Positions 63,323 through 64,000 of a stretch of DNA of 64,000 bases are shown here, piece after piece. A program made the translations under genes and the position numbers. Where the stretch lies: contig CM052816.1 in NCBI GenBank assembly GCA_028534125.1, positions 8,310,001 to 8,374,000 of the forward strand. Direction: 5' to 3'. Position 1 is the first letter of the stretch. The number at the start of each line of letters is the position of its first letter. Under the pieces are notes generated by a model. The model searched no databases, was not told the origin of the DNA, and was given only the letters and a program-made list of their open reading frames with translations. The stretch comes from Lama glama. Lineage: Eukaryota.

Positions 63323-64000
63323 TTTCCCTTGGATATTTTATTTACTTTTCAATGAAACAGCTCTTAGCTTTACTAATTTTTTCTCTAACATTTTCTGGAT
63401 TTCATTCATTTCTGCTGTTGTCTTTATTTCCTTCCTCATAGTTGCTATGTGTTTAATTTGTTCTTTTTCTAGTTTCTTACGGCGGAAGTTCAGATCACGG
63501 ATTATTTTTTCCTGCAGTCTCTGGCAGAGTGTGGACCCTCGCCGCAGACCCTGAGTGGCCACCTAGACCTACTTGTGTGGAGGGTCAGCTGTCAGGGTCC
63601 TGCTTCCCCACCACAGCGCCCCAGGCTCCTTGGTGCTCCTTAGACACATCAGGTGTCTTTGGGGTGCATAACCTTGTTACAATGCACCTGTGTCTAAATC
63701 CTCTAATAATCTCATCAGGATTGTAGAGTCCCATCCTAAGGGAGACAGTATAAAAGGTTATAGCCACTGAGGTGCTCAAACGATTGGATTAGCATCCCAC
63801 ATCCTGGCTTAGAGCCTTATGCCTTTGGATTTTTTTCTTCGTCTATGTTTGTCTACTGTATCATTTGTTAGGATTGGCTAATACGGGTTGGTTCCTGGAT
63901 GACTGCAGCAGAGCTTTATGGAACTTGATATTAATGAGGATCCTCTGACTCAGGAGATAAAAGACGTTGCTCTCTGACTAGGAAGCTTGTCTTATAGAGG

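Noticed and set aside
61525..63554. Hydrophobic 'membrane protein-like' ORFs (61525-62022, 63228-63554, also 56784-57302)
   Set aside because: T-rich antisense readings of decayed L1 sequence.

Overview
Mammalian genomic DNA, probably a camelid: it carries a camelid-type tRNA-derived SINE at about 1504-1643, and I saw no Alu, Bov-tA, PRE-1 or Can-SINE. The window covers the conserved CDX1 - PDGFRB - (CSF1R) block. Positions 1-5957 are CDX1 intron 1 (minus strand); the CDX1 exon 1 CDS is 6402->5958, inside a CpG island with a TATA box, TCF/LEF sites and retinoic-acid response elements. After about 9.5 kb of divergent intergenic DNA comes the complete PDGFRB gene on the plus strand: non-coding exon 1 (~15984-16414), 22 coding exons (31465-51286) that splice through GT-AG introns into an intact 3309-nt / 1102-aa reading frame, and a 3'UTR ending near an ATTAAA at 53121. 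About 0.5 kb further on is a purine-rich segment resembling the distal (trophoblast) non-coding first exon of CSF1R, followed by repeat-rich DNA (MIR, L2, L1, hAT/MER, MaLR LTR). No prokaryote-style novel system is evident. The most unusual items are an unexplained ~115-bp, ~92%-identical direct repeat upstream of PDGFRB, paired DR2 RAREs in CDX1 intron 1, a CTCF-motif cluster between the divergent genes, a 4-codon uORF, possible intronic-polyadenylation (soluble receptor) signals, and single-codon deletions in PDGFRB relative to human. Comparisons to human/mouse sequences are from memory and need alignment to confirm.
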